Shown: piece by piece, positions 31,544 through 41,231 of the stretch | How positions within the stretch are numbered: position 1 is the first letter of the stretch | Layout of the letters: the number at the start of each line of letters is the position of its first letter | Assembly (NCBI GenBank): GCA_963677495.2 | Contig: CAXXOU010000004.1 | Location: 320,001-384,000 of the forward strand | Direction: 5' to 3' | From: Candidatus Cloacimonadales bacterium | GTDB taxonomy: Bacteria > Cloacimonadota > Cloacimonadia > Cloacimonadales > JAFGVF01 | Length of the DNA stretch: 64,000 nucleotides | Made by a program: the position numbers and the translations under genes | The notes under the pieces: model-generated | What the model saw: only the letters and a program-made list of their open reading frames with translations | The model's database searches: none | Told to the model about the DNA's origin: nothing

Positions 31544-32431
31544 CTACTTAATCATCTTCTTTATTGCTTGATCTATCTCATCTACAAAGTAAGTTGGTGC
31601 ATATAGATGAGGTTGGTCAACTTCAATTAACTGCTTTGGCTCGTTCGCATTCTCAAAGAGCTTTTTACCCATCCAGAGTGGTATCACTTGGTCATCTTCA
31701 CTATGTACGATTACAATAGGAATATTTACTTCTCTAATAGCTTTATAAGCAGGTATTTTCTCACGTATAATCGGTTTCACATTGAAACCTACAAACTCAC
31801 TGGCAATCTCCTTATGTGAAGAGAAAGCACCTTCTGTAACTAATCCGCTTAAGAGCTCTTGGTGCTGTGAACCAATAACAATAGATAAGTGCCCCCCATA
31901 GGACTGACCGTACAATATCAGCTTCGTATCTTTCACATCACTTCGTTTAGATACATAGTTAATTGCTGAAACTCCATCCTTTAGTAGATGCTTTCGTAAA
32001 GCCTTTCCCTCTGATAAACCAAATCCACTGTAGTCATACATAAACACCTGATATCCTTTCCTTACAAATGGCAACATTAGTTGATACTGTGAAATCAGGC
32101 ATCCTGCATTTCCATGAAAATGTATAAGAGTTATTCTATTGAAACCAGAAATAGGCTTAATCATCCAACCGTTTAGCATGTTTCCACTACTACTTTCAAA
32201 CATAGTGCTTTCGATTAGGTAAGAATCGTTAGATATTTCAATTCCATTTTTATAGAAATAAGGTTGCTTATTATCTCCAATAAAGCTTACAGCAAGACTA
32301 TCAATACCCTTAACGTATGATATTCCTTTTGCATTACTATCTATCTTTGTTGGCCGTAAAAACTTGCTATCTAAGCTACATCCGGTGATAATAAGTACAA
32401 CAATGTATATCGGTAACAAACTTCTTTTCAT
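31544..32431 (-). CDS. Alpha/beta hydrolase lipoprotein (ABHD13/YfhR-like)
   Basis: Lipobox ITGC; HFHGNAG, DYSGFGLSEG, nucleophile GQSYGG, HSEDDQVIP. Confidence 0.88.
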   Translation of the reverse strand: MKRSLLPIYIVVLIITGCSLDSKFLRPTKIDSNAKGISYVKGIDSLAVSFIGDNKQPYFYKNGIEISNDSYLIESTMFESSSGNMLNGWMIKPISGFNRITLIHFHGNAGCLISQYQLMLPFVRKGYQVFMYDYSGFGLSEGKALRKHLLKDGVSAINYVSKRSDVKDTKLILYGQSYGGHLSIVIGSQHQELLSGLVTEGAFSSHKEIASEFVGFNVKPIIREKIPAYKAIREVNIPIVIVHSEDDQVIPLWMGKKLFENANEPKQLIEVDQPHLYAPTYFVDEIDQAIKKMIK

Positions 32432-32752
32432 TTAGATTCCTCTTACATGATGATTCATGATTGAAATAAATAGTTTAAGCATTAATCTGTAAAGAAGGTT
32501 CTTTATCATTGCTACTTTTATTTCCAATCTCTTTTAAGATTTTATCTACCATTTCACTGACGAACTCCTGATTTGGAAATGTACAATCTATTTCCGCAGG
32601 CAAACATTATTTTACCCATGAGGGCACGACCAACAGTCCGGATTGTTGTAGTTTCAGATTTAAAGGTCATGGTTAGTACGCTGAAGAAGTATAGCGTCAT
32701 AAATTAAGTGCTTTAATGGAAATCTTTAATAAAAACCCAAATGAGCCTGCTG

Positions 32753-32910
32753 CATCCCTTCCAGTCCCGTGACTAAGACAAGTTTTCCATAAATATTTAA
32801 GTTATCCACATCATGTGGATAAATCGAGGCATTGCACGAGAGGGTCACGAGAGGGTCACCTGTGGATTACCTTTGAAACACCTTTTTTAGTCAGGAGACT
32901 GGAAGGGATG
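32753..32910 (+). repeat. DnaA-box-pair repeat element, copy 2
   Basis: 24-bp terminal inverted repeat with 2 mismatches; TTATCCACA-TCA-TGTGGATAA at 32802-32822; 11-bp units at 32835, 32846, 32857 and 32868 (CACGAGAGGGT twice). Confidence 0.85.
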
Positions 32911-32997
32911 AAGAAGGGCAGATTTGGGGGAAATTTATTGCTGGGCTCATTGCGACCGGATGGGAGTTTGAGCAATAGCGAAATTTGGCAATACTCT

Positions 32998-33148
32998 ACC
33001 TTTTGCATGGTCCTTAGACCTTCGAAATGGTGCATTTGCAATGTGAAGTTTACTCCTTCGGGATTCACCATTTGCAAGGTTTACAACCATTCCAAAGGTG
33101 AGAGTTTGTGATCTACCTTTCGAATGGTCATCAGGTCTTCAAAATGGT
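32998..33148. repeat. Array of six ACCWT-N4-AWGGT quasi-palindromes
   Basis: Copies at 32998, 33018, 33067, 33086, 33115 and a degenerate one at 33135. Confidence 0.8.
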
Positions 33149-33195
33149 ACTCTTGTAATCTTAGGTTACAGTACAAGTCTGTAAGTTGATCCTAT

Positions 33196-33226
33196 AAAAA
33201 AAGCCCTTCCATAATCGGAAGGGCTT
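33196..33226 (-). terminator. Intrinsic terminator of the M16 peptidase operon
   Basis: A-run followed by GCCCTTCC-ATAATC-GGAAGGGC. Confidence 0.8.
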
Positions 33227-33242
33227 CAATCTTTATTTCTGA

Positions 33243-35330
33243 TTATTCAATACTGAAGATAGAATCATCTACATCTGGGTTCCACTGAATATCAGTGATT
33301 GTTGTTTTACCAACGAGGGTTCCATCTTCCATATATGACTCATCTTTAGTTTGGATTGTACCTGTTTTAGTAGTCTGAAGCTCAAGGAAGAGAGTATAAA
33401 TAACTGTTTGATCTTGCTTAGATATTCTACCTTTAAGCTCATTATTTTCATCAAGAAGTAACCAGTAGTCGGTTTCTTCTCTTCTAAGTCCAAGAGTTTT
33501 ATATGTAACACCATTGTAAACAGTATCTTCATCAAGATAAGGCGTATATTGGTCTCTGTATTTAGAAATCCAAAGAAGGTTCTGATAACTTTGTTTGAAG
33601 CTATCTTTAACCATAGAATCTTGCATTGGCATAGATTGGCCTGCAAGCTTTTGAACGCCTTTCTTACCATTAAATACCATATCAATCTTCATGCCTTGAG
33701 CTTCGATTGTACGTACTACTTTATCAGGATACTTTGTGACAACTGTATAGTCCATGGCAATCTCTTGTCCTTGAGCATACTGAGTTGATTTACCGGAAGT
33801 TCTAACAGTATTAACTTCTCTTGCATCGCCCATCTTCGTAAGTACATCAGCAAAGACAGTTGCACCTTGTGCAAGCATCTCATCAGTAACTTCTTTAAGT
33901 TTGTTACTTGGCTCCGGAATTGTAATATCGAGAGTGTTTACTTCACCATACTTTGAAAGAGGTGCGTCAAAACCTGTTTGGTCACCTAGAACAACCATTA
34001 TGAACTTGTCAGGGTGTAGGTACTGTTTTGCAACACGTTCAACGTCCTCTTTAGTAACTTTCTGAACACCTTCTTTAATCTTCTGCATGAAGTCAGTTGG
34101 GTAACCGAATAGGTCAAGTGTACGCATTGAGTTAACAATAGATTTCTTCTTAGCATATTTGAAAACATAAGAGTTAAGGAAACTTTCCTTTGCCTGATTA
34201 AGTTCTTCATCAGTAACAGGAATCGTTTTCATGCCTTCAATTTCAGCAATAAGCGCATCGATTGCTTCAGTTGTTTTCTCAGATTTAGTCTGAGACATAA
34301 CGTAAAAGACACCCGGAATCTCATAGTTAGTACTATAATATGCAGCAGGAGAGTAGGCAAGTCCCTTCTCGGTTCTTACACTTTTAAACACACGGCTACT
34401 AAAGCCTCCACCAAGAATTTGATTCATAACAATCATTGGGAAGTAGTCAGGGTGATCTTTAGTGAACTCTGTCATGTGCCCTAGAAGAATCCAAGATTGA
34501 GTTGCATCAGGTCTATCAATGTAGTTAACAGATGGATTCATCACAACAGGTACTTCATCTAAATCTAAGAAAGAACCTTGATCCATAGGAGTCCATTTTT
34601 CGAAATGCTCTCTCATCTTTGCAATCATCTCAGCAGTATCGAAGTCACCAACAATACTAACAGAGATTCTTGAAGGATGGATTACAACGCTATGGAAGCG
34701 AAGAAGGTCGATTCTTTCTATGTTGTTAACGTTATCATACTCGATTGTTCTGGCATAAGGACTATCAGCTCCATAGATTAACTTCTGATACTCACGGAAC
34801 ACTACTTCCTGGTCAGAGTCATTACGTCTGGCAATTCCTTCTTTAATCTGCATCTTGACTATGTCTAATTGTTCTTCGTCGAAGGCAGGCATCAAAAGAT
34901 TATCTCTTAAAATATCAAGAGCTAAATCCTCAGTCTCTTTGAGATAACTGATACTGTAATTACCGGTTCTTGCAGAGAAATCTGAATAGAACTGGATTGC
35001 GTTAAGATCAAGTAGCTGCTTTAATTCACTTGCAGGGTAATCTTTAGAACCACCCACAGTGAGCATGTTACCGATAATGTCAGATACACCATGTTTTGTA
35101 TATTCTTCATAAACAGCACCGCCATCAAACATCATGTCGATGTTTACAACAGGGAAAGACTTGTCTTCGCAGAGGAAGAGTTTCATACCATTATCTAATA
35201 CAACTTCTTCAACTTTAGGCATCTCGAAATTGCGTAATGGAGGGAACTTCATATCTTTAACGTTTTTGTTTGTAGCACAACCGGCTAAAAGGAGTAAGCC
35301 AACGATAAGTAATAGTATTGCTTTTTTCAT
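33243..35330 (-). CDS. M16 (pitrilysin-family) non-catalytic subunit, lipoprotein with C-terminal extension
   Basis: Lipobox LAGC; lacks HxxEH; has LGGGFSSR..VRTEKGLAY motif; extra C-terminal domain of about 220 aa. Confidence 0.85.
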   Translation of the reverse strand: MKKAILLLIVGLLLLAGCATNKNVKDMKFPPLRNFEMPKVEEVVLDNGMKLFLCEDKSFPVVNIDMMFDGGAVYEEYTKHGVSDIIGNMLTVGGSKDYPASELKQLLDLNAIQFYSDFSARTGNYSISYLKETEDLALDILRDNLLMPAFDEEQLDIVKMQIKEGIARRNDSDQEVVFREYQKLIYGADSPYARTIEYDNVNNIERIDLLRFHSVVIHPSRISVSIVGDFDTAEMIAKMREHFEKWTPMDQGSFLDLDEVPVVMNPSVNYIDRPDATQSWILLGHMTEFTKDHPDYFPMIVMNQILGGGFSSRVFKSVRTEKGLAYSPAAYYSTNYEIPGVFYVMSQTKSEKTTEAIDALIAEIEGMKTIPVTDEELNQAKESFLNSYVFKYAKKKSIVNSMRTLDLFGYPTDFMQKIKEGVQKVTKEDVERVAKQYLHPDKFIMVVLGDQTGFDAPLSKYGEVNTLDITIPEPSNKLKEVTDEMLAQGATVFADVLTKMGDAREVNTVRTSGKSTQYAQGQEIAMDYTVVTKYPDKVVRTIEAQGMKIDMVFNGKKGVQKLAGQSMPMQDSMVKDSFKQSYQNLLWISKYRDQYTPYLDEDTVYNGVTYKTLGLRREETDYWLLLDENNELKGRISKQDQTVIYTLFLELQTTKTGTIQTKDESYMEDGTLVGKTTITDIQWNPDVDDSIFSIE

Positions 35331-36818
35331 CTATTCTCCCTTCGGCATGAGTTTGCCAATAGTTCTATTTGTATTCACAAGATATTTGCTTGCAGCACGT
35401 TGAATATCTTCTTTAGTAAGTTGCTCTATCTCCTCAAGTGAAGAGAAAAGCTTTTCATAGCCATTGTTGTAAGCTTCAGAACGAGCTAAAAGGATAGGGA
35501 GGTATTGTCCACTATCAAGCTGCATAAGATATTGGCGTAACGCCCCCATCTTGTATGCTGTGAACTCTTCATCGGTGATGCCATCAGCGATAAACTTAGC
35601 AATCTCTTCATCGATTGCAGTCAGGTTATCATCAAAAGTAGAACTCTGAGCAGGAATTGCACCTACTAAGAAAAGGTTTGGGTAAAGAATCCCGGGATAG
35701 CCGTTGAAACTGAAGCCATACATAGCAGTTTTATCCTGCTCTACTAATCTTGTATATAATCTTGATGTCTGTTTTTGACCAAGAATAGAAGCTAAAGCAG
35801 TAATTGCTTGATTATCTTCATGAGTCTCTTCAGGGATATGATAACCAATCATTAAGAAAGGTTGAGATTTTTCCTCTAATACAAACTCTTTCTCTTCAGT
35901 TTGCTCAGGCTCGACTACAGGCCATTTAGGGGCTTTAGTTCCCGCAGGGATCTGTGTGAAATACTCTTCAGCAAGTTTTTTGACTTCCTCAGGATAGATG
36001 TCACCGGAGATAGCAAATACTAAATTGCTTGCTCCATAGTATTTTTCGAAGAATGCTTTTACATCACCTCTAGTCATCTCTTCAATGTCTTTTGCCCAAC
36101 CGATAACCGGTGTGTTATAAGGGTGTTTGGTGAATGCATTTCCGGCAAGCTCAGCCATAAGTTTGCTACTTGGGTTATTTTCGAGAGTCATGCGTCTCTC
36201 TTCAAGAATAACTTTGCGTTCTCTGTAAAACTCTCTGAAAACAGGATTAGTGAATCTATCTGATTCCATAGCCATCCAGAGTTCAAGTTTATTTGAAGGT
36301 ACACTTACTTGGTACATTGTGAAATCCTGACTTGTACCTGCATTGAGTCTTGAACCACCACGGTTTTCAAGAATAGTTGTGAACTCATTCTGTACAACAT
36401 ATTCAGATGCGGCATCTACAAGTGCATCAAGTTCGGCTTGTAAGGCATCAAGTTTTGCCTGATCTGCTGCTTCACCTTTAGCTTTCTCAGCGAGAATTTC
36501 ATCGAACTTAGCATCGGCTTTATCCATGATCTTCTTCTCTTTCTTGTAATTGGTTGTACCAATTGTTTCTGTGCCTTTGAAAGCAAGGTGCTCTAGGAAA
36601 TGAGCCATGCCTGTGTTGCCCTTATCTTCATTAACAGCACCTACACGTGCCAAAGTTATACAATGTGCAATTGGAACTTCGTGGTTCTCAAGCACTAGTA
36701 CAGTTGCTCCGTTAGGAAGAGTGAACTTCGTAACATTATCCACCATCTGCTCATAGTTACCGGCAAACAGGGATGTGAGCAATAAAGTAAATACCAATAC
36801 GATTAATACTTTACGCAT
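35331..36818 (-). CDS. M16 (pitrilysin-family) zinc peptidase, catalytic subunit
   Basis: Signal peptide; GMAHFLEHLAFKGT (HxxEH), NAGTS, ERKVILEERR, HPY..PVIG. Confidence 0.92.
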   Translation of the reverse strand: MRKVLIVLVFTLLLTSLFAGNYEQMVDNVTKFTLPNGATVLVLENHEVPIAHCITLARVGAVNEDKGNTGMAHFLEHLAFKGTETIGTTNYKKEKKIMDKADAKFDEILAEKAKGEAADQAKLDALQAELDALVDAASEYVVQNEFTTILENRGGSRLNAGTSQDFTMYQVSVPSNKLELWMAMESDRFTNPVFREFYRERKVILEERRMTLENNPSSKLMAELAGNAFTKHPYNTPVIGWAKDIEEMTRGDVKAFFEKYYGASNLVFAISGDIYPEEVKKLAEEYFTQIPAGTKAPKWPVVEPEQTEEKEFVLEEKSQPFLMIGYHIPEETHEDNQAITALASILGQKQTSRLYTRLVEQDKTAMYGFSFNGYPGILYPNLFLVGAIPAQSSTFDDNLTAIDEEIAKFIADGITDEEFTAYKMGALRQYLMQLDSGQYLPILLARSEAYNNGYEKLFSSLEEIEQLTKEDIQRAASKYLVNTNRTIGKLMPKGE

Positions 36819-37128
36819 TTATCCTCCATCTCATTTATTTTCATTTCAGTCATCAAAATTAACATTGCCTTTAACGCAATAAAAAAAACGGGTTCGCCCC
36901 GTATTTACATTAATAATAAGCGAAAGGGGAGAGGTTACAGATTATATGTAATAGCTTGCCGCAATTATGGAGTGCATCAACTATGTAGATGCATCTTGTC
37001 ACGTATCTAATCTTTGCTATTTTTCGCTATTGTCAATGGCAGTGAGAAATGGTACACGATGGCAGTGAAAAGTGGTACAAAACTGCCAACCTTTAAAAAT
37101 GACTACTTCAAGACAGTTTGGAGTAGGT

Positions 37129-38604
37129 ATGATTGGAGTAGAAGTGTATCATTCAATAAAAACTATGCATAAGCAAGGGCATAGTCAGCGTAAGATCGCA
37201 GAGGAGTTGTCTCTATCAAAGACAACAGTAGGTAAATACATAAATATGACACTTGATGAGTTCATGGAACTAATAAACAATAGCATTCGTGAAAGCAGTT
37301 TTGCCATATGTGAGCAATATGTCCGCGAAAGGCTTAGCAAATATCCACGATTAAGAGCTAGTGTACTATATTTAGAAGTTAAGAAAAAGTTCCCTGAGAT
37401 AAAAGCAAAAGACAGAGCTTTCCGAGATTTTGTTCGTAAGCTAAAGCAGACTTATCCTGTCGATAAATACCGTAATTATGCAGTAATCGAGACGGCTCCC
37501 GGTGTTCAGGTTCAAGTTGATCCAGGTGAGATGAAAGTAGTTTTGGGTAATAAACGTCAAAGAGTTTATTTTATAGTTTTTGTGCTTTCCCACTCGCGTC
37601 AAAGCTATGTCCATTGGAGCACAACACCATATAACACATCAAGGTTTATTGAAGCTCATCGTGAAGCTTTTATCTATTTTGAAGGTATCCCTTCAGAGTG
37701 TGTTTACGACCAGACAAAGCTTGTAGTAATACAGGAACGCTATCGGGAAGTAATCTTAAATAATCAGTTCCATCAGTTTGCAGCAAAAACGGGCTTTCAT
37801 CCTCATGTATGCGAAGGCTATGATCCACAAAGCAAGGGTAAAGTAGAGCGTAATGTCTCAGAAGTAAAGCATGGCTTTATGTATGGCAAAGAGTTCAAAG
37901 ACCTGGCAGACCTGCGTTCACGCGGACTTGAGTGGCTTTTACACTTTAACGGCAGAACCCATGGCACAACCCGTAAAGTACCATCAGAAGTATGGCAAGA
38001 AGAGAGGTTAAAGCTAAAAGATATTCCAGAGTTTATCTTCACTTTAGAAGTTCGTAATGCAGATAAAACAGGCTTAATCTCGTATGAGGGTAATAAGTAC
38101 TCTGTTCCATTAGAGTATCAGCGAAAACAGGTATATGTGCAAAAAGAAAAGAGCACTTTAGTGGTGATGGATATTTATACAAGAAAGGAAATCTGCCAAC
38201 ATGAGCTATGCACAGAAAAAGGCAAAATCATCAAAAACACTAATCATTATCGGGATTTTACGGTAGTGCTACAAGAGCTTATTGAGCGAGTAAAGGATGA
38301 GATGAGTGAATATATCCAAGGAGAAGAACTAATCCAGAGGCTTGTTAATGATAACCCTAAAATAGCAAGGGATCAGTTGAGAGCCTTAAGCAAGTTTAAG
38401 CGTAACTATGAAACAGATGTATGGGAGTCAGTGCTTCCTGAGGTAATGACTCTTTCGCATGTAAAGGCAACAGCCATAGAGAAGCTTCTGAATGCAAAAG
38501 TAAGACAAATGAAGCTAAATGAATTATCAGAATCAGAACCACAACAAGACTCAGAGAGTTCATTAATAGAGCGCTCATTAGATGACTACATGAAGGTGTT
38601 ATAA
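37129..38604 (+). CDS. istA: IS21 DDE transposase IstA
   Basis: N-terminal HTH; ETAPGVQVQVD, VYDQTK, SKGKVER; likely start MIGVEVY after GGAG. Confidence 0.93.
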   Translation: MIGVEVYHSIKTMHKQGHSQRKIAEELSLSKTTVGKYINMTLDEFMELINNSIRESSFAICEQYVRERLSKYPRLRASVLYLEVKKKFPEIKAKDRAFRDFVRKLKQTYPVDKYRNYAVIETAPGVQVQVDPGEMKVVLGNKRQRVYFIVFVLSHSRQSYVHWSTTPYNTSRFIEAHREAFIYFEGIPSECVYDQTKLVVIQERYREVILNNQFHQFAAKTGFHPHVCEGYDPQSKGKVERNVSEVKHGFMYGKEFKDLADLRSRGLEWLLHFNGRTHGTTRKVPSEVWQEERLKLKDIPEFIFTLEVRNADKTGLISYEGNKYSVPLEYQRKQVYVQKEKSTLVVMDIYTRKEICQHELCTEKGKIIKNTNHYRDFTVVLQELIERVKDEMSEYIQGEELIQRLVNDNPKIARDQLRALSKFKRNYETDVWESVLPEVMTLSHVKATAIEKLLNAKVRQMKLNELSESEPQQDSESSLIERSLDDYMKVL

Positions 38605-38605
38605 G

Positions 38606-39337
38606 ATGATAGAGATAACTAAAACATACATCAAAAGGGCTCGTTGTACTCATATTTTGAATACTCTTGAAAGTGCAGTTTTAGAAGCAGAGAAACAGAA
38701 TATGACTTATCTGGAGTTCGTACATTATCTATTTGAAAAAGAGAACTCAGGAAGGAATCAAACCAATATCAACAGAAGACTTAAACAGGCTCACATCCCG
38801 ATAATAAAGACCTTTGATGAGTTCGACTATGCTTATCAACAAGTAATAACCAAAAGACAAGTAAAGGAGTGGAAGAACTTTGTCTGGCTGGAGCAGAGGA
38901 GGAATATAATTTTAATGGGACCTCCGGGAGTAGGTAAGACTCATGTTGCAACAGCACTCAGTTATGAAGCAATAAAGGCAGGCTATAAGGTGGTGTTTTA
39001 TAATCTGAACAACCTTATCGAAGAACTTGTACTAGCTGAAGCAGATAACAACATAGATAAATATCTAAGCAATATAGCCAAGAATGATCTGATAGTTATA
39101 GATGAGATGGGGTATCTTCCTCTCCAGACAAAGGCAGCTAATCTGTTCTTTAGACTCATCCATCTCTTATACGAATTTAGATCAGTAATCATAACATCGA
39201 ATAGGTTGTTTAATGAATGGGGAGCTATTTTTAACGACAATGTGATAGCAACTGCTATTCTTGATAGATTACTCCATCACTCACAACCAATTACAATGCT
39301 CGGAGATAGCTTTAGACTAAGGAATTTTCAAAAATGA
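38606..39337 (+). CDS. istB: IS21 helper ATPase IstB
   Basis: GPPGVGKT, IVIDEMGY, IITSN, AILDRLLHH, GDSFR. Confidence 0.95.
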   Translation: MIEITKTYIKRARCTHILNTLESAVLEAEKQNMTYLEFVHYLFEKENSGRNQTNINRRLKQAHIPIIKTFDEFDYAYQQVITKRQVKEWKNFVWLEQRRNIILMGPPGVGKTHVATALSYEAIKAGYKVVFYNLNNLIEELVLAEADNNIDKYLSNIAKNDLIVIDEMGYLPLQTKAANLFFRLIHLLYEFRSVIITSNRLFNEWGAIFNDNVIATAILDRLLHHSQPITMLGDSFRLRNFQK

Positions 39338-39439
39338 AGACTGTACCATTTTTAAATGCCAAACTGTACCAATTTAAAATGCCATTGACACGCTATTCAC
39401 CATCTCCCTTCGGTAGCTATTGCGACAGCTTTAGAATAG

Positions 39440-39624
39440 CATACACAGTGAGTTTTGCAACAACTTAGCTATACTTGCTGCCCTTTTTACTCCCTTTTAC
39501 TGTTCTATCCGCCCACGCACTGCGTACGCACTGTGTACCCACTGTGAAGGCACTGCCAACCCACTGTTTCACTGGGTGCACAGTGCGTGCACAGTGGGAA
39601 AACAGTGGGATGACTACGTTTTGG
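39440..39624. repeat. CACTG/CAGTG 11-bp-phased repeat element, copy B
   Basis: Colinear with 11318-11502; the core ACCCACTGTTTCACTGGGTGCACAGTGCGTGCACAGTGGGAAAACAGTGGGATGACT is identical. Confidence 0.88.
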
Positions 39625-39912
39625 TGGATAATGAAAAGGAAGTGTTAAGAAAAAGTGATGAATGTATAAAATGAAAAATGTAAGGTTCACACTTACTGAG
39701 ATGATAGTGCTGATTAGAATGGAATTTTTCGAACTCTCTTGATTTGAATATTTACTATATGCAACCCCAACGATGTTGAAATTGTTATGTACCCCGATCA
39801 CTCCTGATCGGAATAGTTAGTATATTCAGCCACGATTGGGGTGGATTTGTTTGATTAGGATATTTAACCATGCATTTCATGGCTACTCACATTTTATCCC
39901 GTTGGGATAAGC

Positions 39913-39942
39913 AAACAGGACAGCAAAAATGCTGTCCTGTTT
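39913..39942. terminator. Terminator hairpin downstream of the acyl-CoA dehydrogenase gene
   Basis: AAACAGGACAGCA-AAAA-TGCTGTCCTGTTT. Confidence 0.75.
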
Positions 39943-39987
39943 TAATATAATCTCTCACCTCAGAGATTACTAAATATATAGTTACTA

Positions 39988-40028
39988 CTAATACTCTTTC
40001 AAAAGGTTAGTAGCCACAATCTGTCTTT
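39988..40028 (-). repeat. Synonymous duplicate of the acyl-CoA dehydrogenase 3' end
   Basis: Encodes RQIVATNLLKEY*, identical to the gene end at 40086-40124, with 6 silent differences. Confidence 0.9.
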
Positions 40029-40085
40029 TTAAAAGACAGTTGCTTGCTATGCAAGCGAAGTAAACTACTACTTCTCTTAAATGAT

Positions 40086-41231
40086 TTAATATTCTTTCAA
40101 TAAGTTAGTCGCAACAATCTGTCTTTGAATTTGATTAGTTCCCTCATAGATCTGGAGGATTTTTGCATCACGCATCATTTTCTCAACAGGATACTCTTTC
40201 ATATAGCCGTAACCACCGAGAACCTGAACTGCGTCAGTTGTAACTTTCATTGCAACATCAGATGCGAAGTATTTACACATAGCTGATTCTTTGCTGTACT
40301 TCTTGCAACCTGCATCAACCATACGTGCTGTTTGATAAACAAGAGCACGTGCAGCTTCAGTTTGAGTTGCCATATCAGCAAGCATGAACTGAACACCCTG
40401 GAATGATGAGATAGGTTTGCCGAACTGATGACGTTCTTTTGAATATTTAGCAGCGATATCAACAGCACCCTGTGCAAGTCCAACTGCCTGTGAGGCAACC
40501 ATAGGTCTTGATTTATCGAAAACTTTCATTGCAGTAATGAAACCGGTACCCTTACGGCCGATAAGGTTCTCTTTAGGGATTTTGCAGTCTTCAAATACAA
40601 GCTCTCTTGTAGCTGATGAACGGATTCCCATTTTGTCCTCTTTCTTACCGAATGAGAAACCGGGTGTTCCTTTCTCAACTACGAAACATGAACAACCACG
40701 TGCGCCTTTGCTGCGGTCTGTCATGGCGAAAACTGTATAAATCTCAGCTTCTCCACCATTGGTGATCCACTGTTTTGTACCGTTAAGGATGAAACCATCT
40801 TCAACTTCTTCTGCAGTAGTTTCAATAGCACCGGCATCTGAACCTGCATTAGCTTCAGTAAGAGCGAAAGCACAAAGTCTTTCACCTGCAGCGATTTGAG
40901 GAAGATACTTCTGTTTTTGCTCCTCGTTACCACTAATGAGTATTGGATACATCCCAAGTCCTGTAGCACCAAAAGCAAGAGCGATACCTGTATCTACTTT
41001 TGAGAGCTCTTCAGTAACGATTGCAAGGTCAACAACTTTACCACTAATCCCATCATACTCTTCCGGTACGAGAACTGCGAAAAGGTCTGATTGAGCCATA
41101 ATCTCAACGATATCCCAAGGGAAGATACCTTCTTCATCATATTTAGCAGAGAGAGGAGCAATCTTCTCAACTGCGATTTTGCGAGCTATTTCTTTCATTT
41201 CAAGCTGGTCTTCTGTTAAAAAGTAATCCAT
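40086..41231 (-). CDS. Acyl-CoA dehydrogenase (butyryl-CoA dehydrogenase-like)
   Basis: AFALTEANAGSD, GTKQWITNG, KMGIRSS, RHQFGKPI..FQGVQF, LGGYGY, IYEGTNQIQR. Confidence 0.95.
   Translation of the reverse strand: MDYFLTEDQLEMKEIARKIAVEKIAPLSAKYDEEGIFPWDIVEIMAQSDLFAVLVPEEYDGISGKVVDLAIVTEELSKVDTGIALAFGATGLGMYPILISGNEEQKQKYLPQIAAGERLCAFALTEANAGSDAGAIETTAEEVEDGFILNGTKQWITNGGEAEIYTVFAMTDRSKGARGCSCFVVEKGTPGFSFGKKEDKMGIRSSATRELVFEDCKIPKENLIGRKGTGFITAMKVFDKSRPMVASQAVGLAQGAVDIAAKYSKERHQFGKPISSFQGVQFMLADMATQTEAARALVYQTARMVDAGCKKYSKESAMCKYFASDVAMKVTTDAVQVLGGYGYMKEYPVEKMMRDAKILQIYEGTNQIQRQIVATNLLKEY

Larger units (their letters stand above)
37031..39390 (+). mobile_element. IS21-family insertion sequence, 2360 bp, with 6-bp target duplication CGCTAT
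   Basis: TGTCAATGGCA...TGCCATTGACA termini; two subterminal repeats at each end (ATGGCAGTGA.AA.TGGTACA; TGTACCA.TT.AAATGCCA); CGCTAT at 37025-37030 and 39391-39396. Confidence 0.95.

Noticed and set aside
32802..32822. DnaA-box pair as oriC
   Set aside because: Only two boxes per site, repeated at four dispersed loci inside repeat elements; no dnaA, dnaN or gidA context.
32815..33111. Short ORFs over repeat elements (also 5620-5826, 23744-24145, 29348-29533, 32856-33077, 39505-39801)
   Set aside because: No RBS or recognisable motifs; they overlap repeats or real genes on the other strand.
37072..37128. ORF-track start of istA
   Set aside because: Lies within the left-end repeats; ATG 37129 has an RBS and gives a typical IstA N-terminus.
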